64,000 nucleotides of DNA, taken from the NCBI GenBank assembly GCA_034423235.1, contig DAOUIX010000034.1:10431-74430 (forward strand), written 5' to 3'. Shown piece by piece: positions 35,163-45,436 of this stretch (the stretch's first letter is position 1; each line of letters starts with the position of its first letter). Origin of the DNA: Chloroflexota bacterium. Its GTDB lineage: Bacteria > Chloroflexota > UBA11872. The position numbers and the translations under genes are program-made. The notes below the pieces were generated by a model. It searched no databases. It had not been told where the DNA came from and saw nothing but the letters and a program-made list of their open reading frames with translations.

Positions 35163-35501
35163 GTGCCTGGGGCTCGTGCTCGCAGGATCGGTCGCGTCGC
35201 CAGCGATCGGGCCGACAAGACCATCATCGTGGAAGTTGAGTCGATTCGACGCCACCGGCTGTACAAGAAGCCGGTACGGATTCGGCGGAAGTTTATGGCT
35301 CACGACCCTCTGAACACGTGCCGTATCGGCGACGTGGTTCAGATCGAGGAGTCGCGACCAATCAGCCGGCGCAAGCGCTGGCGGCTGGTGGAGGTCATCG
35401 AACGTACTCTGCTGACCGACGAAGAACGCCAGGCGGCCTTCAGCATGGGTGCGGCCGAGAACGAATCCACCGACCGGCCCGAGGACTCGCAGGACGCATA
35501 G
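35163..35501 (+). CDS. rpsQ: 30S ribosomal protein S17 (with an acidic C-terminal extension)
   Basis: [54 protein letters not shown]. About 25 extra C-terminal residues. Confidence 0.92.
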   Translation: MPGARARRIGRVASDRADKTIIVEVESIRRHRLYKKPVRIRRKFMAHDPLNTCRIGDVVQIEESRPISRRKRWRLVEVIERTLLTDEERQAAFSMGAAENESTDRPEDSQDA

Positions 35502-35506
35502 CTTTC

Positions 35507-35872
35507 ATGATTCAGCAACAGAGCCGGCTCAAAGTCGCGGACAACAGCGGTGCGCGCGAGATCATGTGCATCCGTGTGCTGGGCGGCTCGTCCCGAAAGT
35601 ATGCGCACGTGGGCGACATCATCGTGGGAAGCGTTAAGCAAGCGGCGCCAAATAGCGCCGTTCCCCGAGGGTCCGTGGTACGGGCTGTCGTCGTGCGTGT
35701 GAAGAAGGAATATCGGCGATCCGACGGCTCGCGCATACGTTTCGACGACAACGCGGCCGTTTTGCTTGAAGGTGAGGCGCCACGGGGCACCCGAATCTTC
35801 GGTCCGGTTGGACGCGAACTGCGGGACCGGCGCTTCATGCGTATCGTTTCGTTGGCGCCTGAGGTCCTCTAA
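35507..35872 (+). CDS. rplN: 50S ribosomal protein L14
   Basis: ATG 35507 inside track ORF 35318..35872. [27 protein letters not shown] is classic L14. Confidence 0.95.
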   Translation: MIQQQSRLKVADNSGAREIMCIRVLGGSSRKYAHVGDIIVGSVKQAAPNSAVPRGSVVRAVVVRVKKEYRRSDGSRIRFDDNAAVLLEGEAPRGTRIFGPVGRELRDRRFMRIVSLAPEVL

Positions 35873-35874
35873 CC

Positions 35875-36204
35875 ATGTCCATTCGACGCTTTCGAATCCG
35901 CAAGGGCGACACCATCCAGATCCTGCAAGGTCGCGACGTCGGCCGACGAGGGGTCGTTGAACGCGTCGTGCCCGCCACGGGTCGGGTGGTGGTGGAGGGC
36001 GTGAACGTCCGCAAGCGTCACGCCAGACCTCGGGCCATCGGGCAGCCGGCGGGTATCATTGACTTCAACGCCCCGCTTGATGTGTCGAATGTCATGCTGG
36101 TGTGCCCCGTTTGCGGCCAGCCGGCGCGCGTTGGCTACACGTTAGGTGACGACGGCGTCAAGCGGCGCCACTGTCGCAAATGCAACGAACAGATTGATCA
36201 ATAA
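35875..36204 (+). CDS. rplX: 50S ribosomal protein L24
   Basis: [22 protein letters not shown] motif. Confidence 0.93.
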   Translation: MSIRRFRIRKGDTIQILQGRDVGRRGVVERVVPATGRVVVEGVNVRKRHARPRAIGQPAGIIDFNAPLDVSNVMLVCPVCGQPARVGYTLGDDGVKRRHCRKCNEQIDQ

Positions 36205-36758
36205 TGGCCCGTCTGCTTACACGGTACCGAGAGGAAATTCGACCGCAGATGATGCGTGAGTTTGGGTATAGCAACCCACTCGCGGTTCCGCGGTTGGATC
36301 GAGTTATCGTGAATATCGGGCTCGGCGAGGCGCTGGAAAACGATGCGGCTGTGGACCATGCCGTACGCGATGTCGCCACGATTACCGGGCAGCGCCCGGT
36401 GGTCACACGCGCACGCAAGAGCGTCGCGGCGTTCAAGCTGCGGGCCGGGCAGCGCGTTGGCGTGAAAGGCACCTTGCGAGGCGCCCGCATGTATGAGTTC
36501 ATGGATCGGCTGGTGACCGTGGCCCTGCCGCGAATGCGCGACTTTCGCGGGGTATTGCGAACATCCTTCGACGGCCGCGGAAACTACGCGCTCGGGCTAT
36601 CCGAGCAGTTGATTTTTCCAGAGATTGACTACGACCAGATCGACCGAATTCGTGGTTTGCAGATCGTGACGGTCACGACCGCACCAACGGATGGTGAAGC
36701 CCTGCGGCTGCTCGAACTCCTCGGCATGCCGTTCCAGCGCCTCGATGAGGCGGCTTGA
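36204..36758 (+). CDS. rplE: 50S ribosomal protein L5
   Basis: 184 aa. TAATG overlap with rplX. L5 motifs ([19 protein letters not shown]). Confidence 0.95.
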   Translation: MARLLTRYREEIRPQMMREFGYSNPLAVPRLDRVIVNIGLGEALENDAAVDHAVRDVATITGQRPVVTRARKSVAAFKLRAGQRVGVKGTLRGARMYEFMDRLVTVALPRMRDFRGVLRTSFDGRGNYALGLSEQLIFPEIDYDQIDRIRGLQIVTVTTAPTDGEALRLLELLGMPFQRLDEAA

Positions 36759-36767
36759 GGTTCGGAC

Positions 36768-37007
36768 ATGGCGAGAAAGGCAAAGATCGAGAAGTGGAAA
36801 CGCGAGCGCGAGGCTTGGCTGGACCCCGAATTTGAATCGAGGTCCATCCGCGGGCGGAAGCTGCGTTTCAAGGTGCGGTATCGCAACCGCTGCCGGCTTT
36901 GCGGGCGGCCCCGAGCGCACATGCGCCGCTTCGGCATCTGCCGGATCTGTTTCCGCGAGCTGGCAGTCAAGGGCCATATTCCCGGTGTGACGAAGGCGAG
37001 TTGGTGA
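36768..37007 (+). CDS. rpsZ: 30S ribosomal protein S14, type Z (zinc-binding), 79 aa
   Basis: CRLCGRP...CRIC Cys4 motif. Confidence 0.9.
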   Translation: MARKAKIEKWKREREAWLDPEFESRSIRGRKLRFKVRYRNRCRLCGRPRAHMRRFGICRICFRELAVKGHIPGVTKASW

Positions 37008-37014
37008 GCAGGCG

Positions 37015-37404
37015 ATGACTGACCCAATTGCGGACATGCTCACCCGGCTTCGGAACGCCGCGTCGGCCCGTCATACCAAGGTTCGTATACCGCATTCCAA
37101 GACCAAGGCGCGGATCGCCGCACTGCTTGAGCAGGAAGGCTTTATTGCGTCAGTTGAGACGATCCACGAGGGCCATCGGGCCTGGCTAGACGTGAACTTG
37201 CGGTACCAGGACGGCGAGCCGATCTTCAGCGGCGCGAAGCGCGTGAGCCGTCCCGGCCTGCGCATTCACTCCCGCGCGCGCGAGATTCCGCGCGTGATGG
37301 GGGGGATCGGGACGGCTGTTCTCTCCACCTCGCAGGGCATCATGACGGGTCGCGAAGCCGCCAAGCGCCGCCTCGGCGGCGAGATTCTCTGTTTCGTCTG
37401 GTAA
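37015..37404 (+). CDS. rpsH: 30S ribosomal protein S8
   Basis: MTDPIADMLTRLRNA... classic S8. Confidence 0.95.
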   Translation: MTDPIADMLTRLRNAASARHTKVRIPHSKTKARIAALLEQEGFIASVETIHEGHRAWLDVNLRYQDGEPIFSGAKRVSRPGLRIHSRAREIPRVMGGIGTAVLSTSQGIMTGREAAKRRLGGEILCFVW

Positions 37405-37408
37405 GGCC

Positions 37409-37960
37409 ATGTCACGAATTGGGTTGACCCCTATCGACATCCCGGACGGCGTTCGCGTCAGTTTCGACGCGGACAACGTTGTGATGGTCAAGGGCCCGAA
37501 GGGCGAACTGGCCCAGGCGCTGCCGCGCATGATCGAATTCACACGTGACAACCGTCGACTGCTAGCCGCGCGTCCGAACGACGAGCACCGGACCCGAGCC
37601 ATGCACGGGCTGGCGCGTCAACTGGTGGCCAACATGATTCTCGGCGTCACGCAAGGCTACGAGAAACGGCTGGAGATTCAGGGCACCGGTTACCGGGTCC
37701 AGCTGCAGGGCAAGACCCTGGACCTGCAGTTAGGGTTTACGCATCCCCAGCGGCGGCTGGCGCCGGACGGCATTGAGTTCGAGGTCCCGGATCCAACACA
37801 CATCGTGATTCGAGGCATCGACAAGCAGGCCGTGGGGCAAGTTGCCGCCGAGCTGCGCGCGATTCGGCCAGCCGATCCGTACAAGGGTCACGGGCTTCGG
37901 TACGTTGGTGAAGTCGTCCGGCGCAAGCCAGGCAAGACTGCCGCAACGGCCCTGGCCTAG
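37409..37960 (+). CDS. rplF: 50S ribosomal protein L6
   Basis: MSRIG..PI.IPDGV. Two L6 domains. Confidence 0.95.
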   Translation: MSRIGLTPIDIPDGVRVSFDADNVVMVKGPKGELAQALPRMIEFTRDNRRLLAARPNDEHRTRAMHGLARQLVANMILGVTQGYEKRLEIQGTGYRVQLQGKTLDLQLGFTHPQRRLAPDGIEFEVPDPTHIVIRGIDKQAVGQVAAELRAIRPADPYKGHGLRYVGEVVRRKPGKTAATALA

Positions 37961-37978
37961 AACGGCGCTGAGGCAGCC

Positions 37979-38332
37979 ATGGCAACCGTGAACCGGCAGA
38001 CGGCACGCCGCCGACGGCATCGCCGCATCCGGCGCCGGGTGGTGGGACATCCGCAGCGGCCGCGGCTGGCGGTGTTTCGGAGCCTTCAGCACACCTACGC
38101 GCAGGTTATTGATGACAGTGCCGGCCACACGCTGGCAGCTGCCTCAACGCGCGAAGCTGCAACGACGGGCGCCACAAAGGTGGAGCGCGCGGCGGACGTG
38201 GGCGCGCGCCTGGCCGCGCGGGCTAAGGAGCTTGACATAACCGCCGTCGTGTTTGACCGCGGCGGGCACAAGTACCATGGGCGGGTGAAGGCACTGGCCG
38301 ACGCCGTGCGCTCCGGGGGAATAGCCCTATGA
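37979..38332 (+). CDS. rplR: 50S ribosomal protein L18
   Basis: RHRRIRRRV...[20 protein letters not shown] is typical of L18. Confidence 0.93.
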   Translation: MATVNRQTARRRRHRRIRRRVVGHPQRPRLAVFRSLQHTYAQVIDDSAGHTLAAASTREAATTGATKVERAADVGARLAARAKELDITAVVFDRGGHKYHGRVKALADAVRSGGIAL

Positions 38333-38862
38333 CGATTGAGACGGGGCATCCCGCCCGAGGCTCTGATGGAGGCGATCTTCATCGGCTGGACGACCGCGTT
38401 GTCCGTATCAAGCGTGTTGCCAAGGTCGTCAAAGGTGGGCGCCGGTTTGGATTCAACGCCATCGTTGTCGTGGGCGACCGTCGCGGGCGCGTCGGCGTCG
38501 GTATCGGACGAGCCAACGAGGTGGTGGCCGCCATTCGGAAAGGGCAGGAACGGGCGCGTCGATCGTTGATCGAAATCCCGCTCACCGACGATGGCTCTAT
38601 TCCGCACTACGTCGAGCAGAGTTACCGAGCCTCCAAGGTTGTGCTGCGTCCCGCCCACCCGGGAACCGGGGTTATCGCGGGTGGCGCGGTTCGAGCCGTA
38701 CTTGAGTTGGCTGGCGTTCGCAACCTGCTGACGAAGATCATTGGCTCCACAAACGCCGTGAATGTTGTGCGCGCGACTGTCAATGGCCTGGCCAGTCTGC
38801 AAATTCCCGAGGAAGCCGTTGCTCGACGCATACAGTTGGTTGACTCGCAGCCCGATGACTGA
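38329..38862 (+). CDS. rpsE: 30S ribosomal protein S5
   Basis: [28 protein letters not shown]5 dsRBD plus C-terminal domain. Confidence 0.95.
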   Translation: MTIETGHPARGSDGGDLHRLDDRVVRIKRVAKVVKGGRRFGFNAIVVVGDRRGRVGVGIGRANEVVAAIRKGQERARRSLIEIPLTDDGSIPHYVEQSYRASKVVLRPAHPGTGVIAGGAVRAVLELAGVRNLLTKIIGSTNAVNVVRATVNGLASLQIPEEAVARRIQLVDSQPDD

Positions 38863-39055
38863 ATTGCGTCTGCGCCAGACGCGCAGCGGCATTGGCTCAC
38901 GAGACTCGCAGCGCAACACGCTGCGATCGCTGGGTCTTGGAGCAATCGGGCGCCGATCAACCCGGCCCGACACCCCGGATGTGCGCGCGATGGTTAAGGT
39001 CGTGGCACACCTCGTGGAGATTGAATCGGATACCGCGAGCGGCGAGCCGACATGA
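38855..39055 (+). CDS. rpmD: 50S ribosomal protein L30
   Basis: ATG 38855 within track ORF 38762..39055, overlapping the rpsE end by 8 nt. [14 protein letters not shown]... is L30-like. Confidence 0.85.
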   Translation: MTELRLRQTRSGIGSRDSQRNTLRSLGLGAIGRRSTRPDTPDVRAMVKVVAHLVEIESDTASGEPT

Positions 39056-39498
39056 AGCCGCATGAGATTACGGCCGCCGCTCCACAGCGCAGGCGGCGCC
39101 GGCGCATGGGCCGGGGCGAAGGCTCGGGTCGCGGCAAGACCGCTGGACGCGGCACGCTGGGTGAGGGCTCCCGTAGCGGTCGCAATGCCTATCCCGGATT
39201 TGAAGGTGGGCAGACTCGCCTGCTGATGCGTTTCCCGTCCCGTCGCGGGTTTACCAACCATCGATTCAAGCGCGAGTATCAGCCGGTGAATGTCGGCGCG
39301 CTCAACGTCTTTCCCGAGGGTTCCGTGGTGGGCCCCGAAGAACTGAAGGGGCAGGGACTCATTGAGCCGGGCCTGTTCAAGATCCTGGCGGACGGCGATC
39401 TGGAGCACGCGCTAACGGTTCGCGCGCCCAAGTTTTCGGCGGCGGCCAAGGCGAAGATCGAAGACGCCGGTGGCGCGGTCGAGGAGTTGAGCGCGTGA
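39052..39498 (+). CDS. rplO: 50S ribosomal protein L15
   Basis: Gly/Arg-rich N-terminus (GRGEGSGRGKTAGRG). 148 aa. Confidence 0.93.
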   Translation: MKPHEITAAAPQRRRRRRMGRGEGSGRGKTAGRGTLGEGSRSGRNAYPGFEGGQTRLLMRFPSRRGFTNHRFKREYQPVNVGALNVFPEGSVVGPEELKGQGLIEPGLFKILADGDLEHALTVRAPKFSAAAKAKIEDAGGAVEELSA

Positions 39499-40775
39499 TC
39501 GAGACGGCCGTTGCGGCCTTCCAGTTGCCGGACGTTCGTCGCAAGATCCTGTTCACAATCGGCCTCCTGGTTGTTTTTCGGGCGGTGGCGCACATTCCGC
39601 TGCCCGGCGTGAATACCGAGTTGCTGGCCGACTTCTTTGCCGGTAACCAACTGCTGGGTTTCATGAATCTGCTGTCCGGCGGCGCGCTGGAGAATTTCTC
39701 CGTCGTCGCACTGGGCGTCTATCCCTATGTAACGGCCAACATTGCCTCAACGGTTCTGGTGCCCTTGATCCCGCCTCTCCAGGAACTCTCGCGGGAAGGC
39801 GAGTCGGGTCGCCGCAAGATCGCGCAGTGGACCCGTCTGGCCACCATTCCGTTCGCCATGCTGCAGGGATTCGGCCAGATTCAGATCTTGCGGTCCGCGC
39901 AGCAGGGGCTTCTCTCCCCGACGCTCGGCGCGTTCGACATTCTGGTGATGTTGATCGTGATGACCGCCGGCACGATGTTCTTGCTATGGATCGGTGAGCT
40001 CATTACCGAGAACGGCATCGGGAACGGCGTGTCGATCATTATCTTTGCCGGAATCGTGGCTGGCGCTCCGGCGGCGCTTGGGCAGTCGTTGTTTGCCGGT
40101 GAGAACATCGGCGGGTTTGCGGCCGTGGTCGTGATCGGTCTCATCATGATCGCGGCCATCGTGTTCGTGCAGGAAGCCCAGCGCCGGATTCCCGTGCAGT
40201 ACGCCAAGCGCATCCGTGGAACGCGCATGTACGGGGGACAGAGCACGCACATTCCACTCAAGGTCAATTCGGCGGGCATGATTCCGCTGATCTTTGCCTT
40301 CTCGCTCATGCTGCTGCCGGCCACGGTGGCCAGCTACTTCGAGACTTCGGAGGTTTCCTGGCTGGCCAACGCCGCTGGCGCCATTGCGCTGACGCTGAGT
40401 CCAAGTAACGGAATCTACTGGGTCTTTACCTTTTTGCTCGTCATCATCTTCACCTACGTCTACACGCTAGTGGTGTTTCAGCAGCAAAACCTGGCAGAGA
40501 ATCTTCAGAAAAACGGCGGCTTCATTCCGGGAATCCGTCCAGGACGCCCGACGCAAATCTATCTGACGGGCGTGGTCAACCGCATCACGCTGGCGGGGGC
40601 GGTGTTCCTGGGCATCATCGCCGTGGTGCCGTTTGTCGCCCAGACGGTAACCGGGGCCGATGCCGTGGCCATCAGTAGCACGGGCATGCTGATTGTGGTT
40701 GGCGTGGTTCTGGACACGATGCGGCAGTTGGAATCTCAGCTGATGATGCGCAATTACGAAGGATTCATTCGGTAG
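39495..40775 (+). CDS. secY: Preprotein translocase subunit SecY
   Basis: 426 aa, 10 TM helices, SecY signature regions. GTGA overlap with rplO. Confidence 0.97.
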   Translation: MIETAVAAFQLPDVRRKILFTIGLLVVFRAVAHIPLPGVNTELLADFFAGNQLLGFMNLLSGGALENFSVVALGVYPYVTANIASTVLVPLIPPLQELSREGESGRRKIAQWTRLATIPFAMLQGFGQIQILRSAQQGLLSPTLGAFDILVMLIVMTAGTMFLLWIGELITENGIGNGVSIIIFAGIVAGAPAALGQSLFAGENIGGFAAVVVIGLIMIAAIVFVQEAQRRIPVQYAKRIRGTRMYGGQSTHIPLKVNSAGMIPLIFAFSLMLLPATVASYFETSEVSWLANAAGAIALTLSPSNGIYWVFTFLLVIIFTYVYTLVVFQQQNLAENLQKNGGFIPGIRPGRPTQIYLTGVVNRITLAGAVFLGIIAVVPFVAQTVTGADAVAISSTGMLIVVGVVLDTMRQLESQLMMRNYEGFIR

Positions 40776-40779
40776 GCGT

Positions 40780-41352
40780 ATGGGCGAGCGTCCAGTGATT
40801 CTGGTCTTGCTGGGACCTCCCGGCGCCGGTAAGGGCACCCAGGGAGAGCGGCTGGCGCGGCGAATCGCGCTTGATCACGTGTCCACCGGAGACCTCTTTC
40901 GGGACGCGGTGACGGCGGGAACGCCTGCGGGTCTCCGCGCCGAGTCGTACCTCCACAGCGGGCAGTTGGTGCCCGACCAGGTCGTACTTCAGGTCATTGA
41001 GGAATACCTGGGCGACGCACGGGGACGCGACATGTGCTTTGACGGTTTTCCCCGTACTCGCAACCAGGCTGAAAGACTGGATGCACTGCTACAGCAGTTC
41101 AACTTGTCGGTTACAGCCGTTCTGTACATCAACGTTCCGGACCAGATGGCCCTGGAGCGCCTGCTGGCCCGAGGACGCGCAGACGACACCGAAGAGACGG
41201 CACGCTACCGGTTGCAGGTCTACCATGAGGACACCGCACCGCTGATCGCCTACTACCGCGAGGCGGGCATTCTCATCGAGGTCGATGGTTCGGACGGCGT
41301 CGAGCCCGTGGCGCGCCGCATGTGGACGGTGTTGAAGGCGGCCATTCGGTGA
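40780..41352 (+). CDS. adk: Adenylate kinase (short LID, no zinc motif)
   Basis: GPPGAGKGTQ P-loop, FDGFPRT. Confidence 0.95.
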   Translation: MGERPVILVLLGPPGAGKGTQGERLARRIALDHVSTGDLFRDAVTAGTPAGLRAESYLHSGQLVPDQVVLQVIEEYLGDARGRDMCFDGFPRTRNQAERLDALLQQFNLSVTAVLYINVPDQMALERLLARGRADDTEETARYRLQVYHEDTAPLIAYYREAGILIEVDGSDGVEPVARRMWTVLKAAIR

Positions 41353-42131
41353 GATCCGCAACCATAAACCCCAAAACGCCGGAACAGATTGAGGCCATGG
41401 CGGCCTCGGGTCGAGTTCTGGCGGGCGCTTTGCATGAAGTCGAGCCGGCGGTGCAGCCCGGCGTGACGACGGCCGAGTTGAATGCCATCGCCGAGGTGTA
41501 TATACGAGATCATGGCGGGATTCCGTCGTTCCAAGGCGTGCCGGCCGCGGAGCCCGGGGTGGAGCCGTTCCCAGGCGCCATCTGCGCCTCGATCAACGAC
41601 GCCATTGTGCACGGGATTCCGGGTAGCGCCGTGTTGCGTGAAGGCGATATCATAGGGCTGGATTGTGGAGTGATTCTTGACGGCTGGCACTCCGACTCAG
41701 CGCGTACGCTCGCGGTAGGCGAGATTGACCCTGACGCGAGCCGCCTGCTTGATGTAACTCGCGCCGCACTTGCTGAAGCTATCCGTGCCTCGGTCGCGGG
41801 TGGCCACATCGGAGATATCGGGGCCGCCGTGCAGCAGCTGGTTGAGGAGGCTGGACTCACCATCGTGAAACGTTTCGTTGGACACGGCATCGGGAGAACC
41901 ATGCACGAGCCGCCGCAGGTACCTAATTTTGGGCGACATGGCGGTGGCCCCGTGTTGGTTCCCGGCGCCACGCTGGCTATTGAACCGATGGTGAACATTG
42001 GTTCCGCTGGCGTGGTGTTTGACGACGATGGCTGGACGGCGCGAACGGACGATGGCTCGCTCTCGGCTCACTTCGAACATACCGTGGCAATTACTGACGC
42101 TGGCCCGCGCGTGCTTACGGAAGCTGTCTGA
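41349..42131 (+). CDS. map: Type I methionine aminopeptidase
   Basis: GTG 41349 in a GTGA overlap with adk. Metal ligand motifs (DIIGLDCG, HGIG, EPM). Confidence 0.9.
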   Translation: MRSATINPKTPEQIEAMAASGRVLAGALHEVEPAVQPGVTTAELNAIAEVYIRDHGGIPSFQGVPAAEPGVEPFPGAICASINDAIVHGIPGSAVLREGDIIGLDCGVILDGWHSDSARTLAVGEIDPDASRLLDVTRAALAEAIRASVAGGHIGDIGAAVQQLVEEAGLTIVKRFVGHGIGRTMHEPPQVPNFGRHGGGPVLVPGATLAIEPMVNIGSAGVVFDDDGWTARTDDGSLSAHFEHTVAITDAGPRVLTEAV

Positions 42132-42139
42132 GGTTCGAG

Positions 42140-42484
42140 ATGCCGTCGCCCAGGAACCGCAAGCAGGATCCGCCGGCACCTCCGGAGGAGCCATCCAGCA
42201 AGACCCCGGTGATCGAGATCGAGGGTGAAGTCGTCGACTCGCTGCCGAACACGATGTTTCTCGTCAAGCCGATCGGGCCGAACGGGCAACCGTTGCGAAT
42301 CCAGACCGGCGACGGCGGGGACGACGAGCCGAAAGCTATTCTTGCGCACTTGGCCGGCAAGATGCGGTTGCGCTTTATCCGAGTAGGTGTTGGGGACCGG
42401 GTGCGCATGCAGCTTTCGCCGTATGACCTTTCACGCGGACGAATTACATGGCGGCTGCGTGCCGATCAGCGAGTGGAGCGGTAA
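42140..42484 (+). CDS. infA: Translation initiation factor IF-1, atypically long (114 aa): N-terminal extension, internal insertion and C-terminal extension
   Basis: Core LPNTMFLV...[30 protein letters not shown] aligns to IF-1 S1-like OB fold. Flanked by map and rpmJ as expected. Confidence 0.85.
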   Translation: MPSPRNRKQDPPAPPEEPSSKTPVIEIEGEVVDSLPNTMFLVKPIGPNGQPLRIQTGDGGDDEPKAILAHLAGKMRLRFIRVGVGDRVRMQLSPYDLSRGRITWRLRADQRVER

Positions 42485-42489
42485 CGACG

Positions 42490-42603
42490 ATGCGAGTTAC
42501 GGCGTCTGTCAAGCCTCGGTGTGATCGCTGCCGCGTAATCCGCCGGAATCGGCGCGTGGTTGTGATCTGCTCGAACCCGAAACACAAGCAGCGACAAGGT
42601 TAA
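42490..42603 (+). CDS. rpmJ: 50S ribosomal protein L36 (37 aa)
   Basis: Hand translation gives [37 protein letters not shown]. CxxC...CxxxH zinc ribbon. Below the ORF-track length cutoff. Confidence 0.9.
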   Translation: MRVTASVKPRCDRCRVIRRNRRVVVICSNPKHKQRQG

Positions 42604-42617
42604 GGACAGGGAGACGT

Positions 42618-42998
42618 ATGGCTCGAATCGCTGGGGTCGACATACCGCGTCACAAGCCCGTGGTGATTGCACTCACTCACATCTACGGGATTGGCCGTAC
42701 CACGAGCGCCGATCTTGTGCGACAGGCCGACATCAACCCGCAGACACGAGTCACGGACTTGACGGAGGCCGAGCTTGGGCGCATCCGGGCCCTGATCGGT
42801 CGCGAGCGGGTTGAGGGTGACTTGCGCCGCGTGGTGCAGACCAGCATTGCCAGGTTGCGCGAAATCGGTTCGTACCGCGGTCTGCGCCACCGCATCGGAT
42901 TGCCCACGCGCGGGCAGCGCACGCGCACCAATGCCCGCTCACGCAAGGGCCCGCGCCGCACGGTTGGCATCCGCAAGCGCATAATCAAGCGAGGCTAA
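42618..42998 (+). CDS. rpsM: 30S ribosomal protein S13
   Basis: [13 protein letters not shown]... classic S13. Confidence 0.95.
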   Translation: MARIAGVDIPRHKPVVIALTHIYGIGRTTSADLVRQADINPQTRVTDLTEAELGRIRALIGRERVEGDLRRVVQTSIARLREIGSYRGLRHRIGLPTRGQRTRTNARSRKGPRRTVGIRKRIIKRG

Positions 42999-43391
42999 TT
43001 GATGGCGGAACGATCTAGCCGGGCCAGGCGAAGAAACCGGGCTCCCGTGCCGCGAGGCGCCGCCCACATTCACGCCTCGTTTAACAACACCATCATCACA
43101 ATTACCGATCCCATGGGCGACACCATCGCCTCCGCCAGCGGCGGAACGATCGGTGCGCGTGGGTCGCGCAAGAGCACGCCCTTCGCGGCTCAGCAAGCGG
43201 CCGAGCAGGCAGCGCAGCGTGCGATGGACGCCGGCATGCGCGATATCAACGTGTTTGTCAAAGGCCCGGGGTCGGGGCGCGACGCCGCCGTGCGTGCGCT
43301 GCAAGCTGTGGGCCTGAACGTGTCCAGCATCTCCGACGTCACACCTATCCCTCACAACGGTCCGCGGCCGCCCAAGCGCCGGCGCGTGTAG
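42999..43391 (+). CDS. rpsK: 30S ribosomal protein S11
   Basis: [17 protein letters not shown]11 motifs. Confidence 0.95.
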   Translation: MMAERSSRARRRNRAPVPRGAAHIHASFNNTIITITDPMGDTIASASGGTIGARGSRKSTPFAAQQAAEQAAQRAMDAGMRDINVFVKGPGSGRDAAVRALQAVGLNVSSISDVTPIPHNGPRPPKRRRV

Positions 43392-43421
43392 GCCGCAACC
43401 AGCCTAGGGAGTCGAACGCGG

Positions 43422-44054
43422 ATGGCTCGTTACACCGGACCTGTATGCCGCCTCTGTCGGCGCGAAGGCGAGAAGCTGTTTCTCAAGGGCGACCGCTGTC
43501 ATACACCCAAGTGCGCCATTGAGCGCCGCGGTGACCGTGGCGGACCCGGGGCCCGCGGTTTTAGTCGACGACGGCCAACCGAGTACGCCCTTCAGCTTCG
43601 CGAGAAACAGAAGGCGCGCCGTATTTACGGCGTGCTGGAGCGCCAGTTCCGCCGGCACTATCGTGCGGCGGGCAAGCAGGGTGGCCCGCGCGGCGAGCGG
43701 CTGCTGCAATTGCTGGAATTACGCGCGGACAGTGTGGTGTACCGGATGGGCTTTGGACTCAGCCGGGCGCACGCGCGCCAGTTGATCCAGCACGGGCACC
43801 TGGAGCTCAACGGTCGTAAGCACGATATCCCTTCGGCTGTGCTGCGGGTTGGCGACCGGGTTCGGCTACGCCAGAAGAGCCGCAACATCGACGCCATCAA
43901 GAACGCCATGGACCGGGCCGAAGCGTTGGGACGACCAGCGTGGCTTTCGGTTGATTTGGAGGCGTTCGAAGGCACCATTAGTGCGATCCCGGATCGCAAC
44001 CAGATCGACGCGACACTCAACGAGCAACTGATCGTGGAGTTCTACTCGCGCTAA
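43422..44054 (+). CDS. rpsD: 30S ribosomal protein S4
   Basis: MARYTGPVCRLCRREG zinc-like N-terminus. S4 domain. Confidence 0.95.
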   Translation: MARYTGPVCRLCRREGEKLFLKGDRCHTPKCAIERRGDRGGPGARGFSRRRPTEYALQLREKQKARRIYGVLERQFRRHYRAAGKQGGPRGERLLQLLELRADSVVYRMGFGLSRAHARQLIQHGHLELNGRKHDIPSAVLRVGDRVRLRQKSRNIDAIKNAMDRAEALGRPAWLSVDLEAFEGTISAIPDRNQIDATLNEQLIVEFYSR

Positions 44055-44102
44055 CCCGTGCGCGGGAGTCCGGCCAGCCGGACAGGAAGGTAAGGACCAG
44101 CG

Positions 44103-45080
44103 GTGTTTCTTGGACCTGTTGAATCAGTTCAGGCCGAAGCCGACATTCAGCCGGCCGTGCAGGTGGTTGAAGTTGGCGACAACTACGCGCATTTCCATAT
44201 CGAGCCACTGCGTCGGGGTTTTGCGCATACGCTGGGCAATCCGTTGCGCCGCGTTCTGCTGTCCGCCCTGCCAGGCGCAGCCATTGCGACGGCTCGCATT
44301 GACAGCGCCCTGCACGAGTTCAGCACGCTGGACTTTATGCGCGAGGACCTTGTCGAGTTTCTCCTCAACGTCAAGGGTATTCGGCTTCGATCGCATGATG
44401 CGGAGTCGGCTACCTGCTATCTGGAGGTTGAGGGACCCGCCGACGTGACGGCCGGCGATCTGGAATTGCCAAGTGGCGTCGAGATCGTCAACGACGGGCA
44501 CCACCTGGCCTCGCTGACCGACGCGGGCGTCCTGCGCGCTGAGTTTTCGGTGGAGACAGGTGCCGGCTACGTGGGCAGCGAGACCCGTGGCGATCTGCCG
44601 ATTGGCGTGATCCCCCTGGATATGGTCTTTAGCCCGGTAACGAAGGTGGAATACCACGTTGAGTCGGCGCGCGTGGGACGGCAGTCCGAATACGACCGGT
44701 TGGTCCTGAAGGTCTGGACCGACGGGGCCATGAGCCCGGCCGACGCCCTGCGTGAGGGCGCGCAACAACTCATCGACTCGTTCCAGCTGATCGTCGGCGT
44801 GGACGAGTCGATGGACGTGGTGCCAGCAGCGTTCATGCCTCCTGTGCCGGAGGCGGAAGGCGACCCACTGGAAGACCTGAAGCTGTCCAATCGGGCATTG
44901 AACAGCCTGAAGCGGCACGAACTGGAGACTGTGCAGGAGCTCGTGCGAATGTCGGAAAACGACTTGTACGAGCTGCGCGGAATGGGCGAACGACTGGTGA
45001 ACGAGATTCGCGAGGCTCTGGCACTGCGCGGCCTAACGCTGGCCGATAACTCGCCCGCCCCGGACGAGGGCCAGGAGTAA
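44103..45080 (+). CDS. rpoA: DNA-directed RNA polymerase subunit alpha
   Basis: GTG start. NTD dimerisation plus CTD (NRALNSLKRHELETVQEL). Confidence 0.95.
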   Translation: MFLGPVESVQAEADIQPAVQVVEVGDNYAHFHIEPLRRGFAHTLGNPLRRVLLSALPGAAIATARIDSALHEFSTLDFMREDLVEFLLNVKGIRLRSHDAESATCYLEVEGPADVTAGDLELPSGVEIVNDGHHLASLTDAGVLRAEFSVETGAGYVGSETRGDLPIGVIPLDMVFSPVTKVEYHVESARVGRQSEYDRLVLKVWTDGAMSPADALREGAQQLIDSFQLIVGVDESMDVVPAAFMPPVPEAEGDPLEDLKLSNRALNSLKRHELETVQELVRMSENDLYELRGMGERLVNEIREALALRGLTLADNSPAPDEGQE

Positions 45081-45085
45081 CGTCA

Positions 45086-45436
45086 ATGCGGCACCGTCGA
45101 CGCGGACGCCATCTCGGACGAAGCCCTGCGCAGCGCCAGGCGCTGAAGCGCAGTCTGGTCAGGTCGCTGATTCTGCACAACCAGATCGATACGACCCTGG
45201 CGCGCGCAAAGGAGATTCGGCGGGATGTGGATCGTATGATCACGCTCGCCAAGCGCGGTGATCTCCACGCCCGCCGCCAGGCTATTGCTCGCATTCCAGA
45301 CCCGGAAACGATTGAGCGACTGTTCGAGGATTTGGCCGACCAATACGCCGATCGTCCCGGCGGCTATACGCGCATTCGCCGCCTGGGCGTGCGCCTTGGC
45401 GACGGCGCGCCGCTGGCCCGCATGGAGCTAGTGTGA
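45086..45436 (+). CDS. rplQ: 50S ribosomal protein L17
   Basis: MRHRRRGRHLGRSPAQR... classic L17. Confidence 0.95.
   Translation: MRHRRRGRHLGRSPAQRQALKRSLVRSLILHNQIDTTLARAKEIRRDVDRMITLAKRGDLHARRQAIARIPDPETIERLFEDLADQYADRPGGYTRIRRLGVRLGDGAPLARMELV

Noticed and set aside
38095-39408. 437-aa minus-strand ORF across rplR-rpsE-rpmD-rplO
   Set aside because: Antisense to conserved ribosomal protein genes. Shadow ORF.
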